A stretch of DNA of 54,267 nt, filler included, from Sluysia triapertura (Eukaryota), in NCBI GenBank assembly GCA_046118255.1. It is 4 parts of 4 records of this genome, joined end to end, with 100 filler letters (N's around TTAATTAATTAA, not from the genome) between each part and the next. Parts side by side here need not be neighbours in the genome. Positions count along the whole stretch, not along the records: positions 1 to 11,602 come from JBJNIA010182947.1; positions 11,703 to 25,447 come from JBJNIA010022622.1; 2 more parts are not named here. One strand, given 5' to 3'. Of the stretch, positions 1 to 11,773 are shown one piece after another (positions within the stretch are counted from its first letter, which is position 1; the number at the start of each line of letters is the position of its first letter). Under the pieces are notes generated by a model. The model searched no databases, was not told the origin of the DNA, and worked only from the letters and a program-made list of their open reading frames with translations. Made by a program: the position numbers and the translations under genes.

Positions 1-240
1 TATTTAATAAATAAAACACGAATAAACTATTACTTATTTATAGTTTCCAATTTTAGTACACTTATAATTACTATATTGCATTTAGTTAAATAAATTTCGT
101 TTCAAAAGTATAGGACACAAATTATACAAACTTTTTATTTGAGACTACACAACGTATTGTACAAAATTAGTATTTTTTATTGATGTTACTGAGTTTTTCA
201 AAAAGTCATCGAATTAATCAATGTATTTACACTTTCAATC
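1..240. mobile_element. Tc1/mariner element end fragment, same family as 44074-45028
   Basis: Near-identical to about 44160-44405 (ataaataaaacacgaataaacta...cgtttcaaaagtataggacac...aatcaatgtatttacac). Confidence 0.8.
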
Positions 241-1289
241 TTTTGTCAAACATTTTTAAATCAAAAAAGAAGAAAGACATGTGATATCTAATTATTTGGA
301 TAATAGTTAAAAAGCAATGGAAACAAATGGGCCGTCCTAATCGGCAGAAAAGGAGTTTAATAAGGTATACAAAAAAATACAACATTGTCTACAACTCGCA
401 CAATGTCAGATTTAGAATATTTAAAAGAATATTTAAATAATGCCTTTATTGGATAATAAATCAAAGTTAGTTGAATTTATACATATTTCGGAAAGCCCTC
501 TTATCGACTACACTCCTATTCACTTTGTTACTAGTTTCTCAGTAATTTCACTGTGATTCTTCCTTAACACTTTCATCGTATACTTTGATCTAATATCCCA
601 CGCAATATTTATAATATTGTCAAAAAACTTCCTATTACGAACATACTCTATAATAATAAACGTAGAATACATTTTAAAAGTTTGAAACTATGTAATAATT
701 GCTGGGTGTTTTCTTAATAAAAGAACTTAACTCGCAGCAAAATAAATTCTTATTTCGAGTACGTTTACAGTATACGACTTACTAATGGCGCACCTGTAAA
801 AATTACGTGAAAACAAATTTACAGATTAACTATATAAAAATACTCTTTGCCTTAGCTTAAACAAAAATCGTCGATTATGTCAGCAGATAACTGAATAACT
901 TATAAAATATAAAGATAGCAACGACCAACGCGGGTAACAATATTCGTATAAAAACATGTTACTCTTTTACCTTTAAAACTTCGATTATTTATTAAGTCTT
1001 ACTATAATAATCGTGAATTTTACGAGTTTGCGCGTGATATTTTATAGAAACCATCAATAAAAGTTAGTCTTTTGATTCTCTAAAGAATTAATCAAAGTAT
1101 TTCCAATAAAAAAGTTATCTAGTTTTAAATATCCTGCAATATAAAGAAGGTAAGTTTGACTTATGTTAACGTACAAAATTACAATAAGTTAAAACTCAAA
1201 AATGTCTGAATTTTTTTACTACAAATTTAATAAACTTAAAATAAAACTATAAATTTATAAAAATGAGAACACAAATAACTTAATTTAAA

Positions 1290-1785
1290 TAATAAGTATA
1301 ATAAAAGGTCTAGCCCGAAGACTCTACCTATTGTGGTGGCCAACCTATGACTTAACAAATTTTATTTTTTTGATGGACACAACAAAATCAATCTCTACAA
1401 CATTTTACAACGCTTAATACCATCAAACATGTCAAACATAAAATCACGTATCATTTTAAATACTCTTACATCTAAGTTTTTCATATTTCATCTCATTTAC
1501 TCCCAATAGAACCTTGTTACAGATTTTTCAAACATTCATATTTCATTCTATATAGCATTAAAATCACATTTTATGTTCAGATCATTAACGTACATTAAAT
1601 TGTACTTTAAACACTTCAACCCATGATTCATAATATCAGAATTACAATTCCGGTTAAAAACCATCAATCTACAATTTTAAGTTTATTCAGAACATTTTAA
1701 CCCACGATTTCAACATTCAATCACACTTTCACTCAAAACATTTTAAAGCCATATTTTATCACATTTCACAACAACATCCATACTA
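1290..1785 (-). mobile_element. 3' end of a degenerate non-LTR retrotransposon: decayed ORF, 3' UTR stem-loop and AT-rich tail
   Basis: The minus strand is GT-skewed coding-like sequence with stops, followed by the hairpin AGGT-AG-AGTC-TTCG-GGCT-AG-ACCT and an AT tail. The LINE assignment is inferred from architecture. Confidence 0.4.
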
Positions 1786-3958
1786 GTAGGCTAAAGAAAT
1801 AATATGTTAAGAAAATAGTTAAATTAATAAAGCTCGTGTATTAAGGTTAAAGCAAAATGAATTTGTTTTATTTAGTTTTGATTATATTTATTATCATCTT
1901 TATTTATTATAATTATTATTAATCGGAATTATCACCATTTTTATTATCATTATTAGTTTTTTAATTACTTTATTGTCATTATAATCATTTTATCACTCAA
2001 CAACTAATTTTAATATATTTCCCGCCATCGATAGACAGATCGACTAAACCTAAATCAACATTTCATGTTTGCTGTCTACCGATGACAGATGCTAATCCAA
2101 ATCATTTCCAGACTGTGGCCTGATTGGATGCCCAGTTAATCATAATCATGTGCAAACCATCTCAGATCGTATTGGACGTCCCAATCACAGAGCAAAAATA
2201 AAGTGTAAAAGTTAGTACGCAAATAATAATTATAATTACAAGAAATTGAAGTTACAATACGTAAAAAGTTGATTACAATTTAGACGTTGAGAAACATTAT
2301 TGGATTTTAATAACTATTTTGACTAAAACAAAAAATTTTCTCAGTGAGACAAATAAAAACAGAAAAGAAACATTTTCGATTTAAAAATTTTTAAGCAGTG
2401 ACAAATAAAGAATTAAATCTTATTGAATTTTATTAGTATAAAGTCTTTAACAGCATCGTATACAAACAAAAAAGACAATAATATTGGTCCTAATAAACGA
2501 AAATTTGATAACGTTACAATGATAACAATGGCAGTCAAAATATCGGAAATCTTGGATCGTATTTCCAAATTGAAATGGTCGAAAACGGCTCATATCCGAC
2601 TATTGTAATTCCGTTATTAATAAATCATAAGGATCTGAAATTGGTGTTAAAATAATTGTTCCATGTGGTATGCCCTTTGTACAGCAATGTTTTATAAATT
2701 TATGTAACAATTTTAGTTCCCACTATTCAATTAGCGATTCAAAATTATGCTAAACTAATAAAAATAAACAAAGGATCAAAATTAAAAGTAATGTATTCAA
2801 CTAGAGATATAGATATGACCTATGAATTAACAGAACTTACTATTTTAGATGTACACATCTTAGTAGCGTCCACTACTCGAATTTCAATGGTCCTTTATCA
2901 TACAAATCAAATTAACGAAATATTTTATTATATAAAACAATTGGTAATTGAGGAAACAGATAAGATGATGTGTTATAAATTAGAGGAACAGATCCAAAAA
3001 TTTATAAAAGGTTTACTGAAACTAAGTAATAAATTATGTAAAAGAAATGAAAAGGTACTTAAACAATTTCAATTTTATTCAACGTGTCGTGACAATGTTA
3101 AAATGTATTATCAGATTTTGTTTAGTCACTTGCAACTTTTTTATATCTCGTCAAAGAATAGTTTCTCAACACAGTTAAAACTTAATGTCCGGATTACATC
3201 GCATAACACTGAAGGTACAGTCACTATTAAAGCAATATTTGGAATATTAGTGCATGATATCATGTACTTAAAGTTTTAACCTCTATAGAGTTTAAGTAAA
3301 ATTGGTATTGAAACGACTCCAACTTCACAATCGGATCCGAGTATGTACGAACAAAAACGAAGATCAAATCGAATTCCTATAAAATCTAGTAAAACACAAG
3401 TTGATTCTACCGTTCAGTTGTACGTATAAACTTTTCAATTACAAAATTCAGACATTGTGAAAGTAAATTTTATTTATTATTTAACCAACATAAATTTAAT
3501 AATCTTTTTATTTATCTAATACAATGGCAGATACGAAAAATAGATAATAATCTTTTTATGGCACATGCGAAAAATAGCAGACTCGACAATAAATAAATTT
3601 AGACTGCTTTATTTTCTTCTAGTTTCATTGTATCATGAAAATTTAAAATTAACCATCACTAAAAGAATGATAGTGAAAGATGATTTTTCTTTAAAATTTT
3701 ATATACTAGTTAAGAATTTACAATAATAGACATAACTTTTTAAATAAAAGTCCATAACATAATCTATTTAATCTTTTGTAATACTATTAATAATAAACCA
3801 TTACACCTATTGATAAATATTTTATAATTGACCTTAAGGGCCAACTGAAAGACGATGATTTTATATTTTAAAATGATTTTATGATTGATCTTAATGACCA
3901 ACCGAAAATTACGTGAATATTTTAACTCTGAGTTTTCCATCTATATGAAACAAACTTA

Positions 3959-5371
3959 CTGATTCAATTAATAAATTAATTTTCGAGATCAGGAAGTGCT
4001 TTTCGATGTAATTTGATTGATCAGTTTGCGGAGAATTGGAAGTTGCAATCTCTCTTGTCGTATTCGCGGGATATAACGCTGCTGGAGTACAGAGAATAAC
4101 AAAAAAACGGTGGATGGAATTGATAATTTTTGAATTAATGGTGTCTATTACAACAATTATGGCTTCTTCAATTTGAAAATTTCATACAAATGGCGTCTGT
4201 ACTCCTTTGTTTTTCTTTATATACGCATGTTAAAATTACTTCGTTAAAACACTTCCTTGTTCTGGAACATTCTTTTTAATTTATAATTTTTTAAATAATA
4301 ATAATAATTTTATTTTTTTAATTTTTAATATTTTTTTACAATTTTTTAAAATATTAAATACCATTAAAACATAAAATAAAAAATTTTTACACCTTTACAT
4401 GATATATTAAAAATATATCTTACTTCTGTTAATTCTTTCTTTGCAGTTGTCACAATATTGCTAGTGGTGATGGTAGTAGTAGCACTACTTGTTGATGTAG
4501 CTTGAGGTTTATTAATTGGATGTTCCGAATAGTAGCTCTTAAAAGATGAAATTTGAGGGACCAATAAACTATCAGAAGTACTTATTACAAAATTAGCACA
4601 GGGATTGGCAGTGTTGTTGCTACTGCCCGAAGACGATAGCAGCATGCTGTTACGCATACCGTAATTGATTGATTCCAATGTGCTTGTATTCGTCGATTTA
4701 TCCTGATCAAAATACAGTTTAAATAAACATAACACACCAACATTATTTAATATTCGAAAGGAAGTTATTAAAACATCGCTTGAAAAATATAAATATATTC
4801 ATTAAGATTAATAAATTTTAATAAAATTTTAGTATTTTCTCGTGATTTATCTCGAGAAATAGTAATAATTTGTCATTCTAGCATAGCAACAAGCGATAAG
4901 TAACCCCATTGTTTTATTTTTATTAACAGCAATTACTTCATGTTTCACTTTCAAGAGCTATTTCAAACGTTTTTCCACGAAACATCAATTTAATTACAAT
5001 TATTCTCCAACAGACAGTACCGTAACTAGACCTCTGCAAGATATTAAATTCGGGCCCCTCTATAGCACCAAACAAAATAATCATATTTGTAACGAACTAT
5101 ATATATGTTCAAGCTCCGAACCGCAATTAAATACGTATTAAAAAATTTTTTTCGATGCGTCATATCATTCTTAACTTGAACAGAAATGAAATTTGTTACA
5201 ACGTGTTACACGTTATTGTTAGACTTCATAAAATTGAATGGCCAGGAATCGAACCCGGGCCTTTTGCTGCGCAGTTCGGTGCTCTATCCACAGAGCTATC
5301 AGCCACGCCTAAGAATTTTATACCAAATTCATTAATACCAAATGGCACTTTAGGCCTGTATCCCATTATTA

Positions 5372-5421
<50 letters not shown>

Positions 5422-6697
5422 GCTGTTGTTATAAAGCCACAATTACTTGACTATATTCACCGAACAATAACTTCAAATTAATGATTCTACATCTTCATTA
5501 AAGCTATTAAGCTTTATTCTTCTGTTTGTTATTGAAACAATCTCCTATTTATACAACGTTTACAGGATATTTATTACGATCACCTGATAACTTCGTACTA
5601 GAAAATCTTTAGTATACAGCTCAATTAAATTAATTAAAACTGACACTGAAGAAACTAACATTCAAATAGCACCGAAAAATATTGATAAACCAATTTCAAC
5701 CATGACATAATTACAAAAAAATGTATCATTAAATATATTTAACCCTTGCAATTCAAAAGAGTGTTAGTAGTGTCTTTGTGTACATGGCGGTGTCCCAAAA
5801 GTAACCGAACTGCAAACTTAAACAAAAATTAGATATCAACGAACATTTTATGTCATTATATGTGTTATCTTCGCGAATAGTAGTCTTTGGAATGACTTTT
5901 GTTGCGTGATCTTATTGATTTAGTTCTGATTTTTGTTCAACATGTGCTTCTTATTCTTAAAAATGCAGCAAATAACGAACCTATCTTCAATATTAATAAT
6001 TACTATTCTAAAAAGCCTAGGACAATTGATCATCACGAATGGAACGAAATTTCAGAAACTTGCCAGAAAGTTCAAGGTGGACATTTTGAACATTTGTAAA
6101 TACTAAATATACCTATTAAATTTGTCGTTTTTGTTATCTAATTTTAAGTTTGCGATTTGGTTACTTTTGGGACACCACCCTGTATACAGGTGTATTAGTA
6201 AGTACGACGACGTCAAGAAAGATTTAAAGTTAAAGATCAGAGAAATATGATCTTCTAAATCAGGAATTTCTTCACTTGATACGACTAACAGTAATTATTT
6301 CATGGCTGCAATTAATTTTGCAACAAAAAACGTAAAATTAAACTAAGCAAGCTCTAAACAAATATCTAAAATCCATACCACATTTGTATAATTACTAAGG
6401 CAGGCAAAAAAGTAGTTTATTGTTTGATAAATTATCGATTCTAAGTTAGTATTGGTAATACCGGGGTAAGAATTATCGGCAACAGTTTTGACAAGATTGT
6501 AGCACAATTGGTCAATAGCATCTTGATTCAAATTAAACACTATTTGTGATACGCCATAATAAGATAATGATCTGTTGTCCGATGGCGGGCTAGAATTCGA
6601 TCTGTCATGTGACAATATTTGAGAAAAATCATATTTAGAAGTGCTGGCCAACTCAGAATTCGATTTTACGGCTTGAAACTGCGATTTATACTCAACT
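3959..6697 (-). CDS. Putative exons of an unidentified protein-coding gene (about 6345-6697, 4424-4780, 3959-4225)
   Basis: Three open frames with non-repetitive protein-like composition on the same strand, with plausible AG/GT borders (e.g. ...INLLIES|gtaag at about 3958). No family recognised. Confidence 0.35.
5212..5421 (-). mobile_element. tRNA-derived repeat (SINE-like), copy 1, degenerate, adjoining (ATT)n
   Basis: Minus strand reads TAGCTCTGTGGATAGAGC (A box) ... GGGTTCGATTCC (B box) at about 5235-5305. Both flanks are homologous to 10487-10660. Confidence 0.75.
5783..6182 (+). mobile_element. Internally deleted Tc1/mariner element (MITE-like)
   Basis: TIRs CATGGCGGTGTCCCAAAAGTAACC / revcomp CAGGGTGGTGTCCCAAAAGTAACC, with TA on both sides. 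It retains the transposase C-terminus 'CQKVQGGHFEHL'. Confidence 0.9.
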
Positions 6698-7811
6698 CTG
6701 CAACACATCAACACATCAATTGTTATGTCATTTAAAAATACATGTATCACCAAAATTAGTTTATCGTATGTAGATCTAATAATCCACAAAATAACATTAT
6801 TAATAACCCATAAGTCTCAGTAAATCATAAACTTCATTTATACATTTACGACATTAGTTTTAGAAAATAAACGATAGTTGTTAAATTGCAAATATTGTTT
6901 AAATATTATTTCTATTTAATGTTAGCAGAGCCGGCTCTAGACAAAACAAAATTTGACGCCCTTTCATACAAGAATATGCAAATTTAGTTACTTAAAAAAT
7001 AATACAATAATTATTTACTTACAACATAATAACGTATAAAATAAACAGGCATCATAAAATGCGCACAGGCATTATTTTGATTGAAATATAACTTTATGTA
7101 TTATTCATTCACACAATAACCTATTACGAACACCAGCTCGAGTTAATCAGTATTCTGTGTGTGGATTATCTGTATAAAAACGAAGTCTAGGATTTTGAAA
7201 TATTTAAAATGTTAATAACATACTAAAACATGAAATAATAATAAACTTTTCAGAGCAGTACTATTAAATGAAGTCCGCCAAACCAATGAAATGCGAATTC
7301 ATATTTCATTGGAGCAAAAAAACAGTAGACAAAAAATAAAAATGTCTAACAATAAAAAATTACTTAACAGAAACTAAAAATTTTGGTAGGAAACATAGAA
7401 TGAAATAATTCAGCTTAAAGATATAATTAGAATAAATGATTCAGTTAGACATTGTAATAAAGAATGTATTCAAAAGTATTCAAACTCAATGTCAAAACTT
7501 GCTGTAGTATTACCAAGGATCTAAAACTTACTGATAATTTTACTAAGTTTTTCATCTACGATTATATTTGTAGTGTTGATATCTTTTACTATACAGTTAA
7601 GCATTTTTTTCACAAAGTTAAGCTTCATGAGATGTATTCGGAATGGGAGTTGAAATAAACTCTCCCCAATTGATAATACTAGGCTTTGAGATTGAAATAA
7701 ATCTTAATCAAAACTTGAAATTAACTGAAATTATAATTAAATTATTAAGTGATAATTTATCTAAATAAAGATTAATTTCTTTTCAAATTTAAGATTAAAT
7801 AAGATAAACGC

Positions 7812-8630
7812 TTATGGCCCAATCAACGCTTCACAACAGATAGCGGCCCAGACGGTTACTCCTGGAGCATTAACATCACGTTTAATTTCATTATGTGGAT
7901 TTCCTGTAGCCCAATAAGCGGTGTTATGTCTGTTGACACGACCTTTTAGTTTGAAATGTGCTTCATCAGACCAATAAACTTTCGTGAAAAACGAAGTATC
8001 TTCTAGACATTTGTTAAGGAAGATTTTGCATAATTCAATTCGACAGCCTGGGTCATCTTCTGACACGACATGCACGAGATATGGACAATAAGGCTTCAAA
8101 TCTAAGTGATTAAGCAATCGACGAATAAAGATTCTGAAAATGTTTAATGCCATCAATGCATGTCTTGTCGACTTTTTTGGGCTTAAAGAAAAAGCACCTC
8201 TAATAATCTCAAGACTTTCTGGGCTACAAACGGTGACGGTTCGTCCAGATCTTGAGAAGCCATCTGTTGAACCTGTATCTTCGAACTGCTTAATAAGCTT
8301 GGAAACAGTATCACACTTAATATTTCTCTTAAATTCTCGTTAAATACACAGCACAATTTTATTTATTCTAAGTTTTATAAAAAGGTTTTAATGACGAAAA
8401 CTTTTTTATCTTTATTCAGTCGCTGAATTTTTTCTTCAATTTTTAAGGTAAGAGTTGAATTACAATGAAAATACTCAATTTATCATTTCAAACTGCGCGC
8501 GTGGATCTAAGCAAGCCAAATTTAATAAAAGCTGCACATATAAACAAGATATAAATATAATTAACCTCAGCGCCTGTTAGATGTAGTGAGTGATTGAATG
8601 TGTCATTGCCCCTACCTTCTTACCACCCTG
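7812..8630 (-). mobile_element. Truncated mariner-like (DD37D/DD41D-type) transposon with transposase pseudogene
   Basis: HTH region 'KLIKQFEDTGST...RSGRT' and catalytic 'VYWSDEAHFKLKGRVNRHNTAYWATGNPH...VTVWAAIC...LIGP'. Terminus TA|CAGGGTGG at 8630. Confidence 0.9.
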
Positions 8631-9559
8631 TATGTATAAACTATCACTAAATTTTATCAATCTGAATAAGCCGGATTGTCAATTGTTACTATTTCCAAAA
8701 GATATTACCGTCATGATTTTAAATTCTACTCTTGTTTTTATTCTTTCCTCATTGATTTAATAGAAATTGTACTTTCTGCACTTCTGATTGGAGTTGAATG
8801 TCACATTATTATTACATGATAAATGATACACTATAGATTTGAATCAATAAATGTGCTTAATTACATTAATTATATTACTCTGTACTTACAATATTTCAAT
8901 CATGAAAAAATGAAAATAATCACAATACAATATTCAACATTGACTAAATGTTTCAATAATTATACTGAAACCAAAAAATGCATGAAAAAATGTATATTTT
9001 CCTTAAATACGTTTATTAACATTCAACAAAAAGAAGCAACTATATCTCTCATTAGGCAAGTAATTAAAAAACGATATCACTTTTTTCGTAATCAATTTAT
9101 CAACAGTTAAAACATTTTTAGCGAGAAAATTGATTAGAAAAGCATTTCCTTAAGTCTTATAACGCAAATAAACAAATAAAAGTAAACTAAGTTTCAATTT
9201 TATGGTGTTAAGAGAAAAGTTTACGTCAAATAATATCCTTAAATTACTCTAATCGAATTTCTTTATTGTGTAACACTTAGATCAACTCAGAGTAGACTGA
9301 AGTTTTCACTTGACAGGCACTTAAAATAAACAATTTTCACATTCACATTCGCAACTGTTTTATGATAACACTAAATTAGAACGAACTTAAAATCAATGTT
9401 ACACAAAACAAAATCAGTAAATAAAATATCTTTTTCATATCTAAATTAGCAAAAACATTACCACAATACTTTAATTATTTAGAAAATCTAGTTTCATTTA
9501 TTTCTTTTTTTATAAATATTAAATCAAAGCATTAGTACAGCCTCACAAAAGTATCATAC

Positions 9560-9970
9560 CTTCGATTAGTTGCAGTTATTGAATCTCGATAAAAACCGTG
9601 ATCTGTAGTATTTTTACATTCATCACATTGGCATAAATTAGTGCATTTTATTTTTGCCTTAATAATATATTTTCACAAAAAATTTTACTTCAAAACATTC
9701 ACAATAATTTTTTAAACAATTTGATCGACGACATCTGCAACCTCTTGAATGTGCAACATAGCCATCATTAACATTAATTTTCTGTTTGAAAGTTTCTGGA
9801 TTACTTGTAATCATTTTTTTAATAACTTGATTCCGCCGCTCAATATTACGATAATTGTTTTTACAATTTCGACAATTACAACTTTTGCAAAGTAACTTTT
9901 TTGCAAAACACTCACAATATAACTTCAAGCAATGGGACTTGGAACACTTACACGGTCGCTGCTCTTGCAT
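9560..9970 (-). CDS. LIN54: Tesmin/TSO1-like tandem CXC (CRC) domain protein, LIN-54-like; exons about 9689-9970 and 9560-9657
   Basis: 'PCKCSKSHCLKLYCECFAKKLLCKSCNCRNCKNN', linker 'NPETFKQKI', 'HSRGCRCRRSNCLKNYCECFE|AKIKCTNLCQCDECKN', joined by a 31-nt GT-AG intron (9658-9688). Gene ends are uncertain. Confidence 0.9.
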
Positions 9971-10486
9971 ATCAGTAACAAAAAAATTAAAATATAATTC
10001 TGATGAATCATTATTGACTCGTAAAACGTCGTCTTTTATTAAAACAATTAAATATTAAATAATAAAAATATAAAATGTCCTGCTCTAAAACAGTAATAAT
10101 TTTTTAATTACATTTTGAATACATACTAAAAAGATTGACTTCTTTATTGGGAAATAAAAATATACATATTACTCTAAAACTTTTAGATTATCAATAAGAA
10201 TATATATTTATGTAGTATATTATTAATATTATGAAACAAAATATATGTAATTAGAAAAGCTTTGCTGTCAAATTAAATCTTACAGAATTTAGTTATTATT
10301 TACTAAGCGTACCAGGTACTAGTGTTTTTTATGATAATTTGGTGATAGTTTTGGTGATTTACTATAGTTATATTTTACAACTAGTACGCTTCTTTGTTAT
10401 TTTATTTTAATATTCTTTAGTAAATATAAGTGAAAATCAAATATAATATAATGTTATTTAAATCATCAAAAGTAAATTGTTTATAA

Positions 10487-10659
10487 TGTTAGACTTCGTA
10501 AAATGGACTGACCGGAGATCGAACCCGGGACCTTCGATGCGCAGTGCGAATGCTCTACCACTGAGCTATCAGCCCCGTCTAACAATTTCATTTTCAATAT
10601 ATTCAATTATACTACTTGGCACGTTTTAGGCCTTTTACCCCAACATATATATATATATA
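10487..10659 (-). mobile_element. tRNA-derived repeat (SINE-like), copy 2, adjoining (AT)n
   Basis: Homologous to 5212-5421 across the tRNA and both flanks. Confidence 0.75.
10504..10575 (-). tRNA. tRNA-like sequence (pseudo-tRNA; Cys/Ala-like body, anticodon undetermined)
   Basis: GGGCTGA/TCAGTCC acceptor stem, GCTC-AGTGGTA-GAGC D arm, CCGGG-TTCGATC-TCCGG T arm and TTTT directly after. The anticodon stem does not pair in register. Confidence 0.6.
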
Positions 10660-11519
10660 ATGACAATGAATGACGAGAAAGATAGCTATAACCGTCACTA
10701 TTTAACTATTTAAAATGTGGATTTAAAATGGTTAAATTCGTTATTCAAATAGATACAATCGAAAACTACAATGAGTATTTATGATTTAACAATTTAAATA
10801 TTACTACTTTTAAATTGTTTTTTTTAAATAGATTTTAAGACTGATTTTACAAGGCTGTTTAAAATGTCTTTGTGAAAAAAAATTGATATTTTTAGTACTA
10901 TTTTATTATGCTATTTAAAATGCACCAGATGTTGGGACACACAAAACAATTAATGATTAATTTTAATAAACTGTTTCTGACTAATTCGGAAGCAGTTTTA
11001 AAATTGTACATTTCATAGAAATTGTGATACGTTAGCTTTGTTAAAAAAATGTTAGAATTATTTGAGATTGTGTCATTAACTGTGATGTAACAAGTTTATG
11101 CTTACTTATATTACCTTTTCTTGCGTAGCATTACATAATAGAAATAACTTTAATTATATTAATATTTAAGATTTAAGTTGTACATGCTTTTTATAAAAAA
11201 AAGTTTTAAATTTATTATTATTTCATTTTATTATTGAGATATTAATTTTAATTTAATTATGACCTTGACATTATTCAGTCACCATCAAGAACGTTATGTT
11301 ACTATTATTATAATTCAATATTCTATTATAAACTTTGTATTATAACCAATCAGTTAAACAGGCTCAAATCTGATGCTGTTTATTATAAAATTATGCATCA
11401 CCACGATACGTGTTTTGTTTTTCACCCTTTTTATAGCTACTTAAGACTAGAATTAATAATTGAAAAATTAATTAATTATTATCATTAAATCTGTATTTCC
11501 TAACATTTATACTGTAGAG

Positions 11520-11569
11520 CAGTGGTGTCAAACCTTTTTGCTTTACGGGCCGCCACTTTGACACCACTG
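11520..11569. mobile_element. 50-bp hAT (Buster/Charlie-like) mini-element
   Basis: 13-bp TIRs CAGTGGTGTCAAA/TTTGACACCACTG. The same end recurs at 54200. Confidence 0.75.
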
Positions 11570-11702
11570 TATTAAGGTAATAAAATAAATTAATGTACTA
11601 AGNNNNNNNNNNNNNNNNNNNNNNNNNNNNNNNNNNNNNNNNNNNNTTAATTAATTAANNNNNNNNNNNNNNNNNNNNNNNNNNNNNNNNNNNNNNNNNN
11701 NN

Positions 11703-11770
<68 letters not shown>
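11703..11770 (+). repeat. (AAT)n microsatellite at a contig end
   Basis: Direct reading. Confidence 0.98.

Positions 11771-11773
<3 letters not shown>

Noticed and set aside
2791-3279. 162-aa plus-strand ORF
   Set aside because: No recognisable motif or splice support; it may be a TE remnant or a chance ORF.
10504-10575. Functional tRNA with an unusual anticodon (e.g. Arg-GCG or Ala-TGC)
   Set aside because: The anticodon stem is out of register, G53 pairs with T, and it is part of a repeat with a degenerate second copy.
11602-11702. TTAATTAATTAA embedded in N runs (also at about 25492 and 39353)
   Set aside because: The identical all-frame-stop spacer inside gaps is a scaffolding artefact, not biology.
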